DNA from: an uncultured Chlamydiae bacterium
GTDB taxonomy: Bacteria > Chlamydiota > Chlamydiia > Chlamydiales > 2-12-FULL-49-11
DNA length: 64,000 nucleotides
Assembly: GCA_937996705.1 (NCBI GenBank)
Contig: CALKUQ010000041.1
Location: 26,125-90,124, forward strand
Reading direction: 5' to 3'
Part shown: piece after piece, positions 53,495 through 63,875 of the stretch
Layout of the letters: each line of letters opens with the position of its first letter
How positions within the stretch are numbered: the stretch's first letter is position 1
Translations under genes and position numbers: made by a program
Notes under the pieces: model-generated
The model's database searches: none
What the model was told of the DNA's origin: nothing
What the model saw: the letters and a program-made list of their open reading frames with translations, nothing else

Positions 53495-53767
53495 TTAATT
53501 TACTGCTTCTTTTAAAGCTTTACCTGCACGGAAAGCTGGAACTTTCTTGGCTGGTATTTTTAGAACTTTACCAGTTTGTGGATTTCTTCCAGTTCTTGCT
53601 TTTCTTTTTGCTACTCTAAAAGTACCAAAACCTACTAATTGTACGTCTTTTCCTTTTTTAAGTGATTTTGATACAGCTTCAATATATGCATTCACAAATT
53701 TCAAAGTATCAGATTTTGTAAAACCTGTTTTTTCTGAAACTTCAGTGATTAGATCATTTTTATTCAC
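53495..53767 (-). CDS. hup: HU/IHF-family DNA-binding protein
   Basis: MNKNDLITEVSEKTGFTKSD...GFGTFRVAKRKARTGRNPQTGKVLKIPAKKVPAFRAGKALKEAV is a canonical HU fold sequence. Confidence 0.9.
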   Translation of the reverse strand: MNKNDLITEVSEKTGFTKSDTLKFVNAYIEAVSKSLKKGKDVQLVGFGTFRVAKRKARTGRNPQTGKVLKIPAKKVPAFRAGKALKEAVN

Positions 53768-53888
53768 GAGATACCTCCGTATTGGTTAAGATATACTTTC
53801 CAGCTTATGTTATTATCCAATACTGCACAAGGGGTCAAAGCACTTTTTTTTTAGACCCTCTCACTTTTTTCTACTATTTATTGAGTTC

Positions 53889-55022
53889 TTAGAGCCTATT
53901 TAATCCGTCTAAAAATTTTTTAAAACTCTCACTTTCACGAATCGGATCAAAAGATTTTCCCATTAATTCCTCCATAAGATTCATCGTCCCAAAAGAATTT
54001 GCTGTTTTTAACCATTCAACGCTTCTTTTAATATCACTCAACATCGCGTGGGAGGCTGCTGCTCGAAACGCTATTTCTGCTGTTTGACTCTCTTGGTAAC
54101 AGACGCCTGATAAATCAATGACCCGTTTATAATCACCAATTTCATATGCCGCGAGATATAAAATTACTTTAGCTTCTTTAGAAATATACTTTTCTAAAGG
54201 GGCTAGAAGCTCATACGCTTCTTGGTATTCACCTCTGTCATAAAAAATTTTTGCAATATATTCAGAAACGACTGTGTGGATCACCCCGCTTTTTGTCTTG
54301 TCTGAAAGTCTTTGCAGTCTTGCTATGGCTGTATTAAAGTCTCCCGCAGCTATCATTTTTTCACACTCCTCCAATTCCTGGCGATTCTCCTCTAAATCAT
54401 CGGCTACGGAAAAATGGCGAAGTCTTCGCAAGCTTTCAATACTTTGAAACGCAAAAATAAGAAAAATCGACCCAATTAAAAAAAGTCCAATTAGAAAAAA
54501 GACAGTACTGAGAAGGACTGCAAACCAAAAAGAGACATAGAGCGCTAATTTCATTGATTTTGGGCCAAAAATCCAATCGAGTGTAACTCGAACCAGCTGT
54601 CCACCATCTAAAGGTAGAATCGGAAGGAGATTAATAAACGTCCAAAATAAGTTTACATATCGAAATTTTTCAAGAGCGGCCCTTGCAAATGCAGTTCCAT
54701 AAGGAAATTGAAGTAAAATGCTCGCTCCCACAAACAAAAGAAAGCCAAAGCAGGGGCCCATAAAAATAACAGCAAGTTCTTTCCAAGGCTTTAGTTTAGG
54801 CCCCTCAGGAATGGTAAGCCCCCCAAAAGCGATCAATTCAATTCTTGGGCTTTGACCAAAAAGCCTAGCTGTGAGGGCATGTCCTAATTCATGAAAGAGG
54901 ACCGAAACAAAAATAATTGCGACCCACACAAGGGTCCAGATCAGATTATACGAATTTAAAAATCCGATAAGCGCGGCTGTGACAAAAAAAGCCGGCGAAA
55001 TTTTGAGAGGTATTTTTTTCAT
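53889..55022 (-). CDS. M50-family (site-2 protease-like) membrane metalloprotease with a C-terminal TPR-like domain
   Basis: HELGHALTA (HExxH) lies in a TM segment, with [11 protein letters not shown] as the second motif. The C-terminal ~170 aa are helical-repeat-like (AIARLQRL..., [11 protein letters not shown]...). Confidence 0.8.
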   Translation of the reverse strand: MKKIPLKISPAFFVTAALIGFLNSYNLIWTLVWVAIIFVSVLFHELGHALTARLFGQSPRIELIAFGGLTIPEGPKLKPWKELAVIFMGPCFGFLLFVGASILLQFPYGTAFARAALEKFRYVNLFWTFINLLPILPLDGGQLVRVTLDWIFGPKSMKLALYVSFWFAVLLSTVFFLIGLFLIGSIFLIFAFQSIESLRRLRHFSVADDLEENRQELEECEKMIAAGDFNTAIARLQRLSDKTKSGVIHTVVSEYIAKIFYDRGEYQEAYELLAPLEKYISKEAKVILYLAAYEIGDYKRVIDLSGVCYQESQTAEIAFRAAASHAMLSDIKRSVEWLKTANSFGTMNLMEELMGKSFDPIRESESFKKFLDGLNRL

Positions 55023-55915
55023 TGTAACGCATCCATAATTGCTTTTCCCATATCGGCAGGAGAGGAAACTACATTCACCCCTGCTTTTTGTAAAGCATCC
55101 ATTTTATCCTTTGCACCACCTTTTCCACCAGAAATAATTGCTCCGGCGTGCCCCATTCTTTTTCCAGATGGCGCTGTTTGCCCTGCTATAAAGGCTGCAA
55201 CAGGTTTTTTTGAGTGCGCTTTTATCCATTCAGCTGCCTCTTCCTCTGCAGTTCCTCCAATCTCCCCGATTAAAAGAATTCCTTTTGTCTCAGGATCTTT
55301 CTCAAACTCCTTTAAAACATCAATAAAATTGGTTCCATTGGTAGGATCACCCCCAATTCCTACACAGGTTGTCTGGCCAAGACCGTTTCTTGTCGTTTGC
55401 CAAACCGCCTCATAAGTGAGAGTTCCTGATCTAGAAACAATTCCGATTTTTCCTGGCTGATGAATGTATCCTGGCATAATCCCTATTTTGCACTGACCCG
55501 GAGTGATAATTCCTGGGCAATTTGGTCCGATTAAGCGCGACGCGCTTTTCGACATAACCTGTTTAACTTTAAGCATGTCAAAAACAGGGATCCCTTCTGT
55601 GATGCAGACGATTAGAGGGATACCCGCCTCTTCAGCCTCTAAAATTGCAGCCGCTGCAAATTTTGGCGGGACAAAAATCATTGTCGCATCTGGGTGGAGG
55701 GCATCTACAGACTCCCGAACCGAATTGAAAATGGGGAGGCCCAGCTCTGTCACTCCACCCCCTTTCCCAGGAGTTACCCCCCCTACCACAAGGGTTCCGT
55801 ACTCATAACACTGCTCTGTATGAAAACTTCCTGCACTGCCTGTAATTCCCTGACAAATCAATTTCGTGTTTTTATTTACTAGAATTGGCACTCTGAACCA
55901 CCTTTTTAGCTGCAT
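55019..55915 (-). CDS. sucD: Succinyl-CoA synthetase alpha subunit
   Basis: [32 protein letters not shown] and MGHAGAII. The true start may be the GTG at 55891, preceded by AGGTGG. Confidence 0.95.
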   Translation of the reverse strand: MQLKRWFRVPILVNKNTKLICQGITGSAGSFHTEQCYEYGTLVVGGVTPGKGGGVTELGLPIFNSVRESVDALHPDATMIFVPPKFAAAAILEAEEAGIPLIVCITEGIPVFDMLKVKQVMSKSASRLIGPNCPGIITPGQCKIGIMPGYIHQPGKIGIVSRSGTLTYEAVWQTTRNGLGQTTCVGIGGDPTNGTNFIDVLKEFEKDPETKGILLIGEIGGTAEEEAAEWIKAHSKKPVAAFIAGQTAPSGKRMGHAGAIISGGKGGAKDKMDALQKAGVNVVSSPADMGKAIMDALQ

Positions 55916-57041
55916 CTGTTAAATCATCAGCGGCAATAATTTTTAGCCCCGAATTTTTTAAAAGTTCCTTTCCTTTTTCAACATTTGTCCCTTCAAGCCT
56001 CACCACTAAAGGCACTTTGATGTGAAGTTCGCGAGCAGCATCAATAATTCCTTCTGCAATCACATCACAGCGCATGATCCCTCCAAAAATATTAACAAGA
56101 ATTGCCTTCACATTAGGATCACTTAAAATGAGACTAAAACTTTTAGCCACCTTTTCTTTATTGGCACCCCCGCCAACGTCTAAAAAATTGGCAGGCTGCC
56201 CTCCGTGAACTTTAATCAAGTCCATTGTTGCCATTGCAAGTCCTGCGCCATTAACCATACAACCTATGTTCCCATCAAGTGCTATGTAAGCTAAATCCAT
56301 CGCATGGGCTATCGCCTCTTGTGGGCTAGATTGGGTAGAATCATACATCCCCTTGATCTCAGGTCTCCTAAAAAGGGCGTTATCATCGACAATAAATTTT
56401 GCATCTAATGCCCATAGCTCACCCCCCATATCCTCTATAAGTGGGTTAATTTCAAGCATCTCCCCATCGTTTTCAACAAAAACCTTACAAAGATTTTTGA
56501 TCAAAATCTTACCCAATTCTTTTGTTTTGCCTGTCCAATCCATAAAACGACAGACCGCTTCAAGGCTTGTTTCATCGATCACTCCATCAATTTCAAAATG
56601 AACCTTTAATATCTTATGTGGCGAATTTTCTGCTAACTCCTCAATTTCAGTACCACCTTCTGGAGATACCATTAAAAGAGGCTTCGCGCGCGCGCGATCG
56701 ACCAAAAGACCCACGTAGTACTCTTTAGCAATATCTGCAAGCTCTGAAATCATAACTTTATGACAAATAATACCTTCCGGACCTGTTTGCTTTGTAATAA
56801 TTTTCATTCCAAGGAGTTCTTCTGCCCTTTGTTTAATCTGATCTCGAGTTTTAGCTATTTTTACACCGCCTGCTTTTCCTCGACCTCCCGCATGAACTTG
56901 AACCTTCACAACCGCCTCTGTAACCCCCAGAGAATCAATTGCCTCTTCAATATCCTCTGCACGCTCAACAATTCTAAATCCCTGACATGGAATGTGATAA
57001 GCGGACAATATTTGCTTTGCTTGGTATTCATGTATGTTCAT
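55872..57041 (-). CDS. sucC: Succinyl-CoA synthetase beta subunit
   Basis: [12 protein letters not shown]..., [18 protein letters not shown] and the GGIMRCD region. Confidence 0.95.
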   Translation of the reverse strand: MNIHEYQAKQILSAYHIPCQGFRIVERAEDIEEAIDSLGVTEAVVKVQVHAGGRGKAGGVKIAKTRDQIKQRAEELLGMKIITKQTGPEGIICHKVMISELADIAKEYYVGLLVDRARAKPLLMVSPEGGTEIEELAENSPHKILKVHFEIDGVIDETSLEAVCRFMDWTGKTKELGKILIKNLCKVFVENDGEMLEINPLIEDMGGELWALDAKFIVDDNALFRRPEIKGMYDSTQSSPQEAIAHAMDLAYIALDGNIGCMVNGAGLAMATMDLIKVHGGQPANFLDVGGGANKEKVAKSFSLILSDPNVKAILVNIFGGIMRCDVIAEGIIDAARELHIKVPLVVRLEGTNVEKGKELLKNSGLKIIAADDLTDAAKKVVQSANSSK

Positions 57042-57099
57042 ATATTCCCCTCTAATTTAGTTATGTGTTATGATCTGAGCAAAATTCAAGGTCTAATTT

Positions 57100-58029
57100 A
57101 TGTTTAGTCTCTTTAAGACTGGTTTTCAAAAGATTAAAAAGGCACTTTCTAAAACAAGCTCTCTGTTAAAGACAGAATTGCGAGCCCTTTTTTCCAAAAA
57201 TCTCGACGAGGATGCGATAGATGAGCTTGAAAGGATTCTTTTTGAGGCCGATCTTGGCTCAAGCATTGTCACAGAGTTTGTAGAAAAAATTCACCGATTT
57301 CATAAAATCACACCTAAAGCGACCCCATCCGATTATCTAAATCATCTACAAATCCTTTCGCAAAAAATCTTAGAAGAGCCCCCTATTGTCACTTCGATAC
57401 AACCCCCCGTTGGCTACTCAAAGCTTATCTTAATTGTAGGTGTGAATGGTGCTGGGAAAACTACCACTTTGGCTAAACTAGCAAACTTTTATAAAAATGA
57501 GGGAGAAAAAGTCTTAGTAGCTGCAGGAGATACCTTTAGAGCAGCTGCAATCGAGCAACTTGAACTCTGGACAAAAAAAATTGGGGTCGATCTTGTTAAA
57601 ACGCAAATCGGAGCCGATTCCTCAGGGGTTCTCTATGATGCGATGATGAAAAGTCGTGCAAAAGAGTATACAATCACCCTCTGCGATACTGCTGGCAGGC
57701 TTGAATCTAAAACAGATCTTATGCATGAACTTGAAAAGCTAAAACGCACGGCTAAAAAATTTGATGAGACCGCCCCTCATGAAACTTATCTCATAGTCGA
57801 TGCAACCCTTGGTGGCACTGCCCTTGAACAAGCTCGAATCTTTCACAAATTTACCCCACTCACAGGCATTATCCTAACAAAAGTTGATGGGTCTGCAAAA
57901 GGGGGTATTGCCCTATCTATTTACCGCGAACTCAAAATTCCGATCTCTTTTATTACCTTTGGAGAATCGCTCGAAGACATTGCCCCATTTAATCCGACTG
58001 ATTACACTAAGGCTCTCTTCGAATCTTAG
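57100..58029 (+). CDS. ftsY: Signal recognition particle receptor FtsY (NG domain only)
   Basis: GVNGAGKTTTLAKLA, DTAGR and TKVDGSAKGG. Confidence 0.92.
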   Translation: MFSLFKTGFQKIKKALSKTSSLLKTELRALFSKNLDEDAIDELERILFEADLGSSIVTEFVEKIHRFHKITPKATPSDYLNHLQILSQKILEEPPIVTSIQPPVGYSKLILIVGVNGAGKTTTLAKLANFYKNEGEKVLVAAGDTFRAAAIEQLELWTKKIGVDLVKTQIGADSSGVLYDAMMKSRAKEYTITLCDTAGRLESKTDLMHELEKLKRTAKKFDETAPHETYLIVDATLGGTALEQARIFHKFTPLTGIILTKVDGSAKGGIALSIYRELKIPISFITFGESLEDIAPFNPTDYTKALFES

Positions 58030-58063
58030 AGCACTTTCAAAAGATCACCCCGTTTAAAATTCT

Positions 58064-58099
58064 AAAATTTCCCAATTTTTGAACCCCTCTCAGTGTATA
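58064..58099 (+). repeat. Copy 1 of a ~33-nt direct repeat
   Basis: AAAATTTCCCAATTTTTGAACCCCTCTCAGTGTATA. It differs from copy 2 only by one extra T and one extra G. Confidence 0.85.
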
Positions 58100-58235
58100 C
58101 TGCTCGTGATTCAAAACTTGGTTTTATCTGCGTGATAAACCCCCATCTTTAAATTTGTCTCGGGCTTATCTAGTGCAAATAGCACTCGCCCTCGACACCA
58201 GCTACACTTAATTCAAATTTGGGGATTTCTGACTT

Positions 58236-58268
58236 GAAAATTCCCAATTTTTGAACCCCTCTCAGTAT
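58236..58268 (+). repeat. Copy 2 of the ~33-nt direct repeat
   Basis: AAAATTCCCAATTTTTGAACCCCTCTCAGTATA, 172 nt downstream of copy 1 and ~65 nt upstream of ORF 58334. Confidence 0.85.
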
Positions 58269-58333
58269 AAATTCTTTAAAATAAAAAACAATTATGTTAT
58301 CATAATTGGAAAAATAAATTAGGATAATTTTTT

Positions 58334-58837
58334 ATGCAATATTTAACAGCAAGCAATGCTCCTCCCATAATCACAGGGGATACTTTACGAATTTTAAGCA
58401 CCTATGCTCATTATAAAAATACTGGTTCTTCCCCACGAATTCATACCATACTTCGTAGCAATACTAGTGGAGAAACCTTGACTTTGGCAATTACCTGCAT
58501 TTCGAGAAAGAAAATTTTTTATGATGCTATGGCGGCTAAAATTTGCCGGAGAAGGACTCTCTTATACAGCGAATTTCACGGAACAACTACTCTGCCTCGT
58601 GTTATTTTAAGCATTAATAGAAATTTAAGTAGCGTCTCCCTGAATAAGATTCAAGATCCTAGTATCCTAAAAGAGGCATCCAAAGGGATCTACCTTCTTA
58701 TAAAAAGCTTGTGGAAAACAGAGAGATGGAGAGATGCCTCAGAGATCCTCTTTGATGTGAGCCGCCGGATCGATTCGAGGCACTCCGAACTTTTGCGGGA
58801 AAGAAAAGATCTTAATGTTCATTTCTCCTCATTGTAA
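58334..58837 (+). CDS. Hypothetical protein (167 aa)
   Basis: ORF only. No motif recognised. Confidence 0.4.
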   Translation: MQYLTASNAPPIITGDTLRILSTYAHYKNTGSSPRIHTILRSNTSGETLTLAITCISRKKIFYDAMAAKICRRRTLLYSEFHGTTTLPRVILSINRNLSSVSLNKIQDPSILKEASKGIYLLIKSLWKTERWRDASEILFDVSRRIDSRHSELLRERKDLNVHFSSL

Positions 58838-58953
58838 GAAAAATTTCGTCAAAGCGCTTCGAAATCTGCAGCGCTTTCCAAATAAGCCCCTTCCAAACAA
58901 CCCTCAATAAAAAAACTGGTTTCTGAATAACCCGAAGATGGTAGAATACAATT

Positions 58954-59709
58954 ATGCAAGAGATTGTTTGTGACCTTAAACGCTATTTTTTAGAAACCTA
59001 CGGGGAAAAAGGGAGTTTTCTTTTCCTTGAGCAAATCCCTTTTGGCCCCCCTATTAAAAAAACAGCTCCCCCCACTCAACCCCTTCCCCTAATGAAATCG
59101 ATTGCTAAAGAAATCAAACAGAGCGATCCCAAACAAGATAAAATAGAAGAATTCGAAGAGCCCCAAGCAGTAGAAACACCCCTCTCTTTTATTGCTGAAA
59201 AGCCTGTCGTTACTCCCACTCCCATCGATAGTGATATTGCAACTATTTATAAAAAGATTAATCCCAAAGCTAAACTATTTGATTCCCCTCTTAATGATGA
59301 CATTGCAAAACAAATCAGGATGGCATCAAACAAAAGATCTGATTTACCAGAAATCCCCCTGTTATTCGACCACTCCATTCAAGCTGATCTTGATTTTTTA
59401 ACCAGTCTGGCTAAAGCAATCAACACCTCATTTGGGACTTCTTCAGTTGTCCATATCCACGAATTTGAAGAAAAAAATCTTTGGAAACCCTTGCTTGCAC
59501 ACGCTAGCATCCGCCTCATTATTATTCCCTCCTCTTTATTAAAACGCTCTCCTAATCTACACACCCTTTGTAAAGAGTATCCTGGAAGACTCCTAAAATC
59601 GGTGGAGAAAATCCCCCTCTTTGCCCTCACCGATATCAGTAATTCCCCTATTCGAAAAAAAGAAATTTGGGCCACTCTCACAAGATTTTTTAAGCACCCC
59701 GCAACTTAG
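58954..59709 (+). CDS. Hypothetical protein (251 aa) with a Pro-rich central linker
   Basis: ORF only. No motif recognised. The 3' end overlaps the convergent ORF by 20 nt. Confidence 0.45.
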   Translation: MQEIVCDLKRYFLETYGEKGSFLFLEQIPFGPPIKKTAPPTQPLPLMKSIAKEIKQSDPKQDKIEEFEEPQAVETPLSFIAEKPVVTPTPIDSDIATIYKKINPKAKLFDSPLNDDIAKQIRMASNKRSDLPEIPLLFDHSIQADLDFLTSLAKAINTSFGTSSVVHIHEFEEKNLWKPLLAHASIRLIIIPSSLLKRSPNLHTLCKEYPGRLLKSVEKIPLFALTDISNSPIRKKEIWATLTRFFKHPAT

Positions 59710-60628
59710 AAAATTGCTCAACACGAACTCGTTTTGCCTCCTCTTTTGCTGCCAAAAAAAGATCTACCGATCGAGCTTGGACAAAATTGATCATATTTGA
59801 CAATCTGGTCACTTGTAAACTTAGTGGAAGGACCCTTTTAGCTAAAGTAGTACACCGCTTTTGTTTTTCCTTGATAATCATTTCTAATCGGGTAACATCT
59901 CTACTTAAATGCTCTAATAATCCCTCTTCCCTCCGAGCTATATCTTCCAATTGATGGGCAATTTCAGCCTGTTTTGCTTGTAATTCTCTTTCCGCCTCAA
60001 AATAGGTTTTTGCAATGTCTGTACTAATTCTAAACCTTTTTGCAACATCATCGAGGGTATTTGCAGTCTCTTGAAGCCGTTTCACCTCTTCTTGCCCCTC
60101 TCGTAGAAGACGCTCTTGTTGGCTCAAAAGTTCTTCTAGCCTTCTATTTTCAGAAGAAAGGGCCCCCACACTCTCTGTAAGCCTTGTGTTTTGACCACGA
60201 AATCCCCCGAGTTCATCTTCCAGTGCTTTAGCAGAAGCTTCAAACCTTGCAACTAAAGGGGAAAGCCTGTCTACCTCTCCACTTAAAACCTCAATTTGCC
60301 TCGTCATCAAATCGTTTTGCTGCGCCTGACGGGCAGTTTGCAACTCATATCCTCCAAGCTCTTTTACTTTTTGTAACGCCCATGCATTTTGGGCTCCAAT
60401 TAAAACTATCACTCCGCAAAACGCGTAAGTACCACCAGACATCGGCGCAATATTTAATGACATCATAATCATTGCTGCAAGAGAGCCTACGACTAGAATT
60501 GCAGAAATCACTTGACTGCTTTGTAAGAATCGATCACCACTCATCCATCCACAACATCCTCTTTCAACTGTTTCTAGAGGTCTTTCCGCAATAGCGCTGA
60601 TCAATAGTCCAGCAGGCGTTACACTCAT
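59690..60628 (-). CDS. Inc-like protein: bilobed hydrophobic domain followed by a long coiled coil
   Basis: aa 40-85 VISAILVVGSLAAMIMMSLNIAPMSGGTYAFCGVIVLIGAQNAWAL form two TM lobes with a short loop. The rest is heptad-rich (…LEELLSQQERLLREGQEEVKRLQETANTLDD…). Confidence 0.6.
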   Translation of the reverse strand: MSVTPAGLLISAIAERPLETVERGCCGWMSGDRFLQSSQVISAILVVGSLAAMIMMSLNIAPMSGGTYAFCGVIVLIGAQNAWALQKVKELGGYELQTARQAQQNDLMTRQIEVLSGEVDRLSPLVARFEASAKALEDELGGFRGQNTRLTESVGALSSENRRLEELLSQQERLLREGQEEVKRLQETANTLDDVAKRFRISTDIAKTYFEAERELQAKQAEIAHQLEDIARREEGLLEHLSRDVTRLEMIIKEKQKRCTTLAKRVLPLSLQVTRLSNMINFVQARSVDLFLAAKEEAKRVRVEQFSKLRGA

Positions 60629-60717
60629 ATACCCTCCTATTTTAAAATTCTTTATTGAATCTTAAAGAAAAGATTCTATTAGTGCAAATCAAATTTCTAT
60701 CTGGTATTCTAAAAAGC

Positions 60718-62943
60718 ATGACCCTGTTTGCAAAAGTAATTCTTGATCAAGCGATTGACCGCCCCCTAGATTATTTGATCCCTGACCATTTCCACCAAAT
60801 CGCAAAGGCAGGGCTAAGGGTTATGGTTCCGGTAAGAAATAGACCTCGAAAGGGGACGATCATTTCTATTGAGACCACCTCTTTCTTTACAAACGTACAA
60901 CCAATTCAGGAAGTGCTCTCCGACCAAAATTTATTAACGCCCGATTTGCTCGATTTAGCCGATTGGATATCCCGATATTATGCGGCCCCTTTAAGCAAAG
61001 TACTCCTCTCCATACTCCCCTCTATTGTTCGTAAAAATATGAAAGAAAAAACTCAAGCCCATATTCAAAAGGCGATTACCGGCCCAAAACTCATAGAGTA
61101 CACGGATGAAATCCGGATGAAAAGCCCTAAGCAAGCAGCTGTCCTTGATGTAGTGTTACGCCACCCCAAAGGATTGCTTTTATCTGAGTTACTCGAAATC
61201 GAAGGAATTTCACTATCTCCCATTGAGACCCTTATAAAAAAAGGAATTTTAGAAAAAAATCTTCTTGCAGTAGATCGAACGCCCATCCACGATGACGAAT
61301 ACCTCCCTTCCAAACCAAAAGTATTAAATGGAGAGCAGGCAAATGCCCTTGCAAGCATTCAAGCGGGGCTTAAAAATGGTATGTTTCAAACCCACCTTCT
61401 TCACGGAATCACTGGGAGTGGGAAAACAGAGGTGTATTTGCAAGCAATCGATTACACCTTAAGCATAGGCAAGGATGTCATTCTCCTTGTTCCTGAGATT
61501 GCGCTAACAAGACAGACTATTGATCGTTTAAAAAGCAGATTTCAAAGACAAATCGCAGTCATCCACTCAAATCTTAGCGACGGTGAAAGATTTGACACCT
61601 GGCATCATTTACGAAAAGGGGAAATCAAAATCGCAATCGGGGCGAGGTCAGCTGTATTTAGCCCTATGCCTAATATTGGCCTAATTATTGTTGATGAGGA
61701 GCATGAAAGCTCGTATAAACAATACGAAGATGCACCCTGCTACCACGCAAGAGATGTAGCAATTATGCGAGGCAAACTGACTAATGCTATTGTCATTTTA
61801 GGAAGCGCAACCCCTTGTTTAGAGAGTTATCTAAATGCAAAAAATGGAAAGTTTATACTCCATGAGTTAACTACAAGACCGAGTGGAACCAAGCCTCTAT
61901 GTCATATCGTAAACATGAAAGAGGAACAAGAGAAAACAAAAGGGATGGCCCTTTTATCAGAACTGTTACTAGATAAGCTTAAAAAAAATATCGAAGTTGG
62001 CTCTCAATCAATCATTTTTCTGAATCGGAGAGGTTACTACAGCTGTCAGGTGTGCAAAGAGTGCAAAAAAGCAATTACTTGCAAACATTGCGATATGAGT
62101 CTTACCTTTCATAGAGGGTTAAATGTTCTATCCTGCCATATTTGCGGATTTACACTAAAACCTCCTATCGAAATTTGCCCCCACTGTCACACAGCAAACA
62201 CGCTAAAATTTCAAGGGCCCGGAACAGAGCAAGTGGAACGCTCTCTCCACGCCATTTTTCCTACTGTAAGAACTCTGAGGATGGATAGGGATACCACTAA
62301 GCATAAAGGAAGTCACGACCGCATTTTTCAAGAATTTCGAACCGGCAAGGCAGATGTTCTGATCGGCACCCAAATGATTGCAAAAGGGCTTCACTTTCCC
62401 TCAGTTACTCTAGTCGGAATTTTGGGAGCTGATAGCGGTCTATACATTCCAGACTTTAGAGCCAATGAACACGTCTTTCAACTCATTACTCAGGTAGCAG
62501 GCAGATCAGGGCGCGGACACATCCCCGGGGAAGTAATTATTCAAAGCTCTCTCTTTGACCATCCGATTGTAAAACTGGCGGCAAACGATGACTATAAAAC
62601 GTTTGCTGAATCAGAACTCATAGAACGCAAAGAATTTGATTATCCCCCTTTTACTAGGCTGGTGAAACTTATATTCAGCGGCAACGATCCAAAACTAGTT
62701 TTTTCCTACGCTTCCCAATACCACACCGCTTTGCAAAAATCGCTCAATTCTAACTCTGGATTCACACTCCATCCACTTAATCCTTGCGGAAAAGCCAAAA
62801 TAAAAGATAAGTACCGCTTTCAATTCTTGATTAAAGGGCCAAAAATCCTAACCTTAGTTCAAATCCTCAAATCCGTTCCCATTCGGAAAACAAAATTAGT
62901 CCATCTTTTAATTGATGTCGATCCGACGAGCACCTTTTCCTAA
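60718..62943 (+). CDS. priA: Primosomal protein N' (replication restart helicase PriA)
   Basis: GITGSGKTEVYL, IVDEEHESSYKQ and a Cys-rich zinc module CQVCKECKKAITCKHCDMSLTFH...CHICG...CPHC. The ATG at 60718 (MTLFAKVILDQAIDRPLDY) is preferred. Confidence 0.92.
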   Translation: MTLFAKVILDQAIDRPLDYLIPDHFHQIAKAGLRVMVPVRNRPRKGTIISIETTSFFTNVQPIQEVLSDQNLLTPDLLDLADWISRYYAAPLSKVLLSILPSIVRKNMKEKTQAHIQKAITGPKLIEYTDEIRMKSPKQAAVLDVVLRHPKGLLLSELLEIEGISLSPIETLIKKGILEKNLLAVDRTPIHDDEYLPSKPKVLNGEQANALASIQAGLKNGMFQTHLLHGITGSGKTEVYLQAIDYTLSIGKDVILLVPEIALTRQTIDRLKSRFQRQIAVIHSNLSDGERFDTWHHLRKGEIKIAIGARSAVFSPMPNIGLIIVDEEHESSYKQYEDAPCYHARDVAIMRGKLTNAIVILGSATPCLESYLNAKNGKFILHELTTRPSGTKPLCHIVNMKEEQEKTKGMALLSELLLDKLKKNIEVGSQSIIFLNRRGYYSCQVCKECKKAITCKHCDMSLTFHRGLNVLSCHICGFTLKPPIEICPHCHTANTLKFQGPGTEQVERSLHAIFPTVRTLRMDRDTTKHKGSHDRIFQEFRTGKADVLIGTQMIAKGLHFPSVTLVGILGADSGLYIPDFRANEHVFQLITQVAGRSGRGHIPGEVIIQSSLFDHPIVKLAANDDYKTFAESELIERKEFDYPPFTRLVKLIFSGNDPKLVFSYASQYHTALQKSLNSNSGFTLHPLNPCGKAKIKDKYRFQFLIKGPKILTLVQILKSVPIRKTKLVHLLIDVDPTSTFS

Positions 62944-63034
62944 AAAACCCTTTATAAATTTTATATAAAATTTAACTTGATGTTAATTTTTACAAATAAT
63001 TATAATTAAAAATCAATTTTAATTGGAGCATAAT

Positions 63035-63760
63035 ATGAGTTTAAATTGCTGCCCCTCTTTTTCATTTTTTTGTTCAGGAAGTTCTTATGCACTTAGTTCT
63101 ACTGCAAATTTTCTTAAACTTACCTTAAGAGCGCTCTATGGATTAGGTCAGCGCGTCTCAAATTTCTTTCTCTCTTTTATACAAAGATTGAGGAGCGGCA
63201 ATCAACAGCCCTCTGATATAGAACGTCTTAGAGCCGGCGCTACTTCTAGACTTTTACGAGTGACTATAGATATACCCCAAGCCCCAACCGTCCCATTTTA
63301 TTCAAGAAATTTTTACATTTCTCCAAATTTACCCCTCAGAGACTTCCTTTTTGAAATCATCAACTCTAATCATCCAAGTTTTGAGTTTGTCCGTCAAAAT
63401 TATGGGAGGGCCCCCCAGAACTTCATATTTGTATTAGACCTCTCTCTTTCCCCTCTTGATCCCGATCACCAAACAGGCCCTATGCATCTTAGAATTCCCC
63501 TGTTTTGGGATGAGGATCGAACTTCTATTTTAGATAATGACTTCTCGGCCCCTTTGACTACACTATCAGGAATAGAAACAGACGTAGTAACGCGGTTTTT
63601 ATATAATGATTGTGTTTGCACTTCTGCTATATTACAAGTGCATAATGTATTTAATTACACTATAAATGGAACAAACAGAGCACCTATAGGACTCGTAGGC
63701 TCTCCTGTTCGAGCAGCTTGGATGGGAGCTGTTGCACGATCTATTCTTAGAAGAGGCTAA
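63035..63760 (+). CDS. Hypothetical protein (241 aa)
   Basis: ORF with GGAG 8 nt upstream of the ATG at 63035. No motif recognised. Confidence 0.4.
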   Translation: MSLNCCPSFSFFCSGSSYALSSTANFLKLTLRALYGLGQRVSNFFLSFIQRLRSGNQQPSDIERLRAGATSRLLRVTIDIPQAPTVPFYSRNFYISPNLPLRDFLFEIINSNHPSFEFVRQNYGRAPQNFIFVLDLSLSPLDPDHQTGPMHLRIPLFWDEDRTSILDNDFSAPLTTLSGIETDVVTRFLYNDCVCTSAILQVHNVFNYTINGTNRAPIGLVGSPVRAAWMGAVARSILRRG

Positions 63761-63875
63761 TAGGGGTATTAACTGAACGCGAGTTGCATATAAGAGAAGC
63801 TTAATTCTTTAAAAATGAGTCCCTTTTGGCTCAAAATTTTTATTTTCCAGAACAAAAAAACCAAAAGGACTCAAA

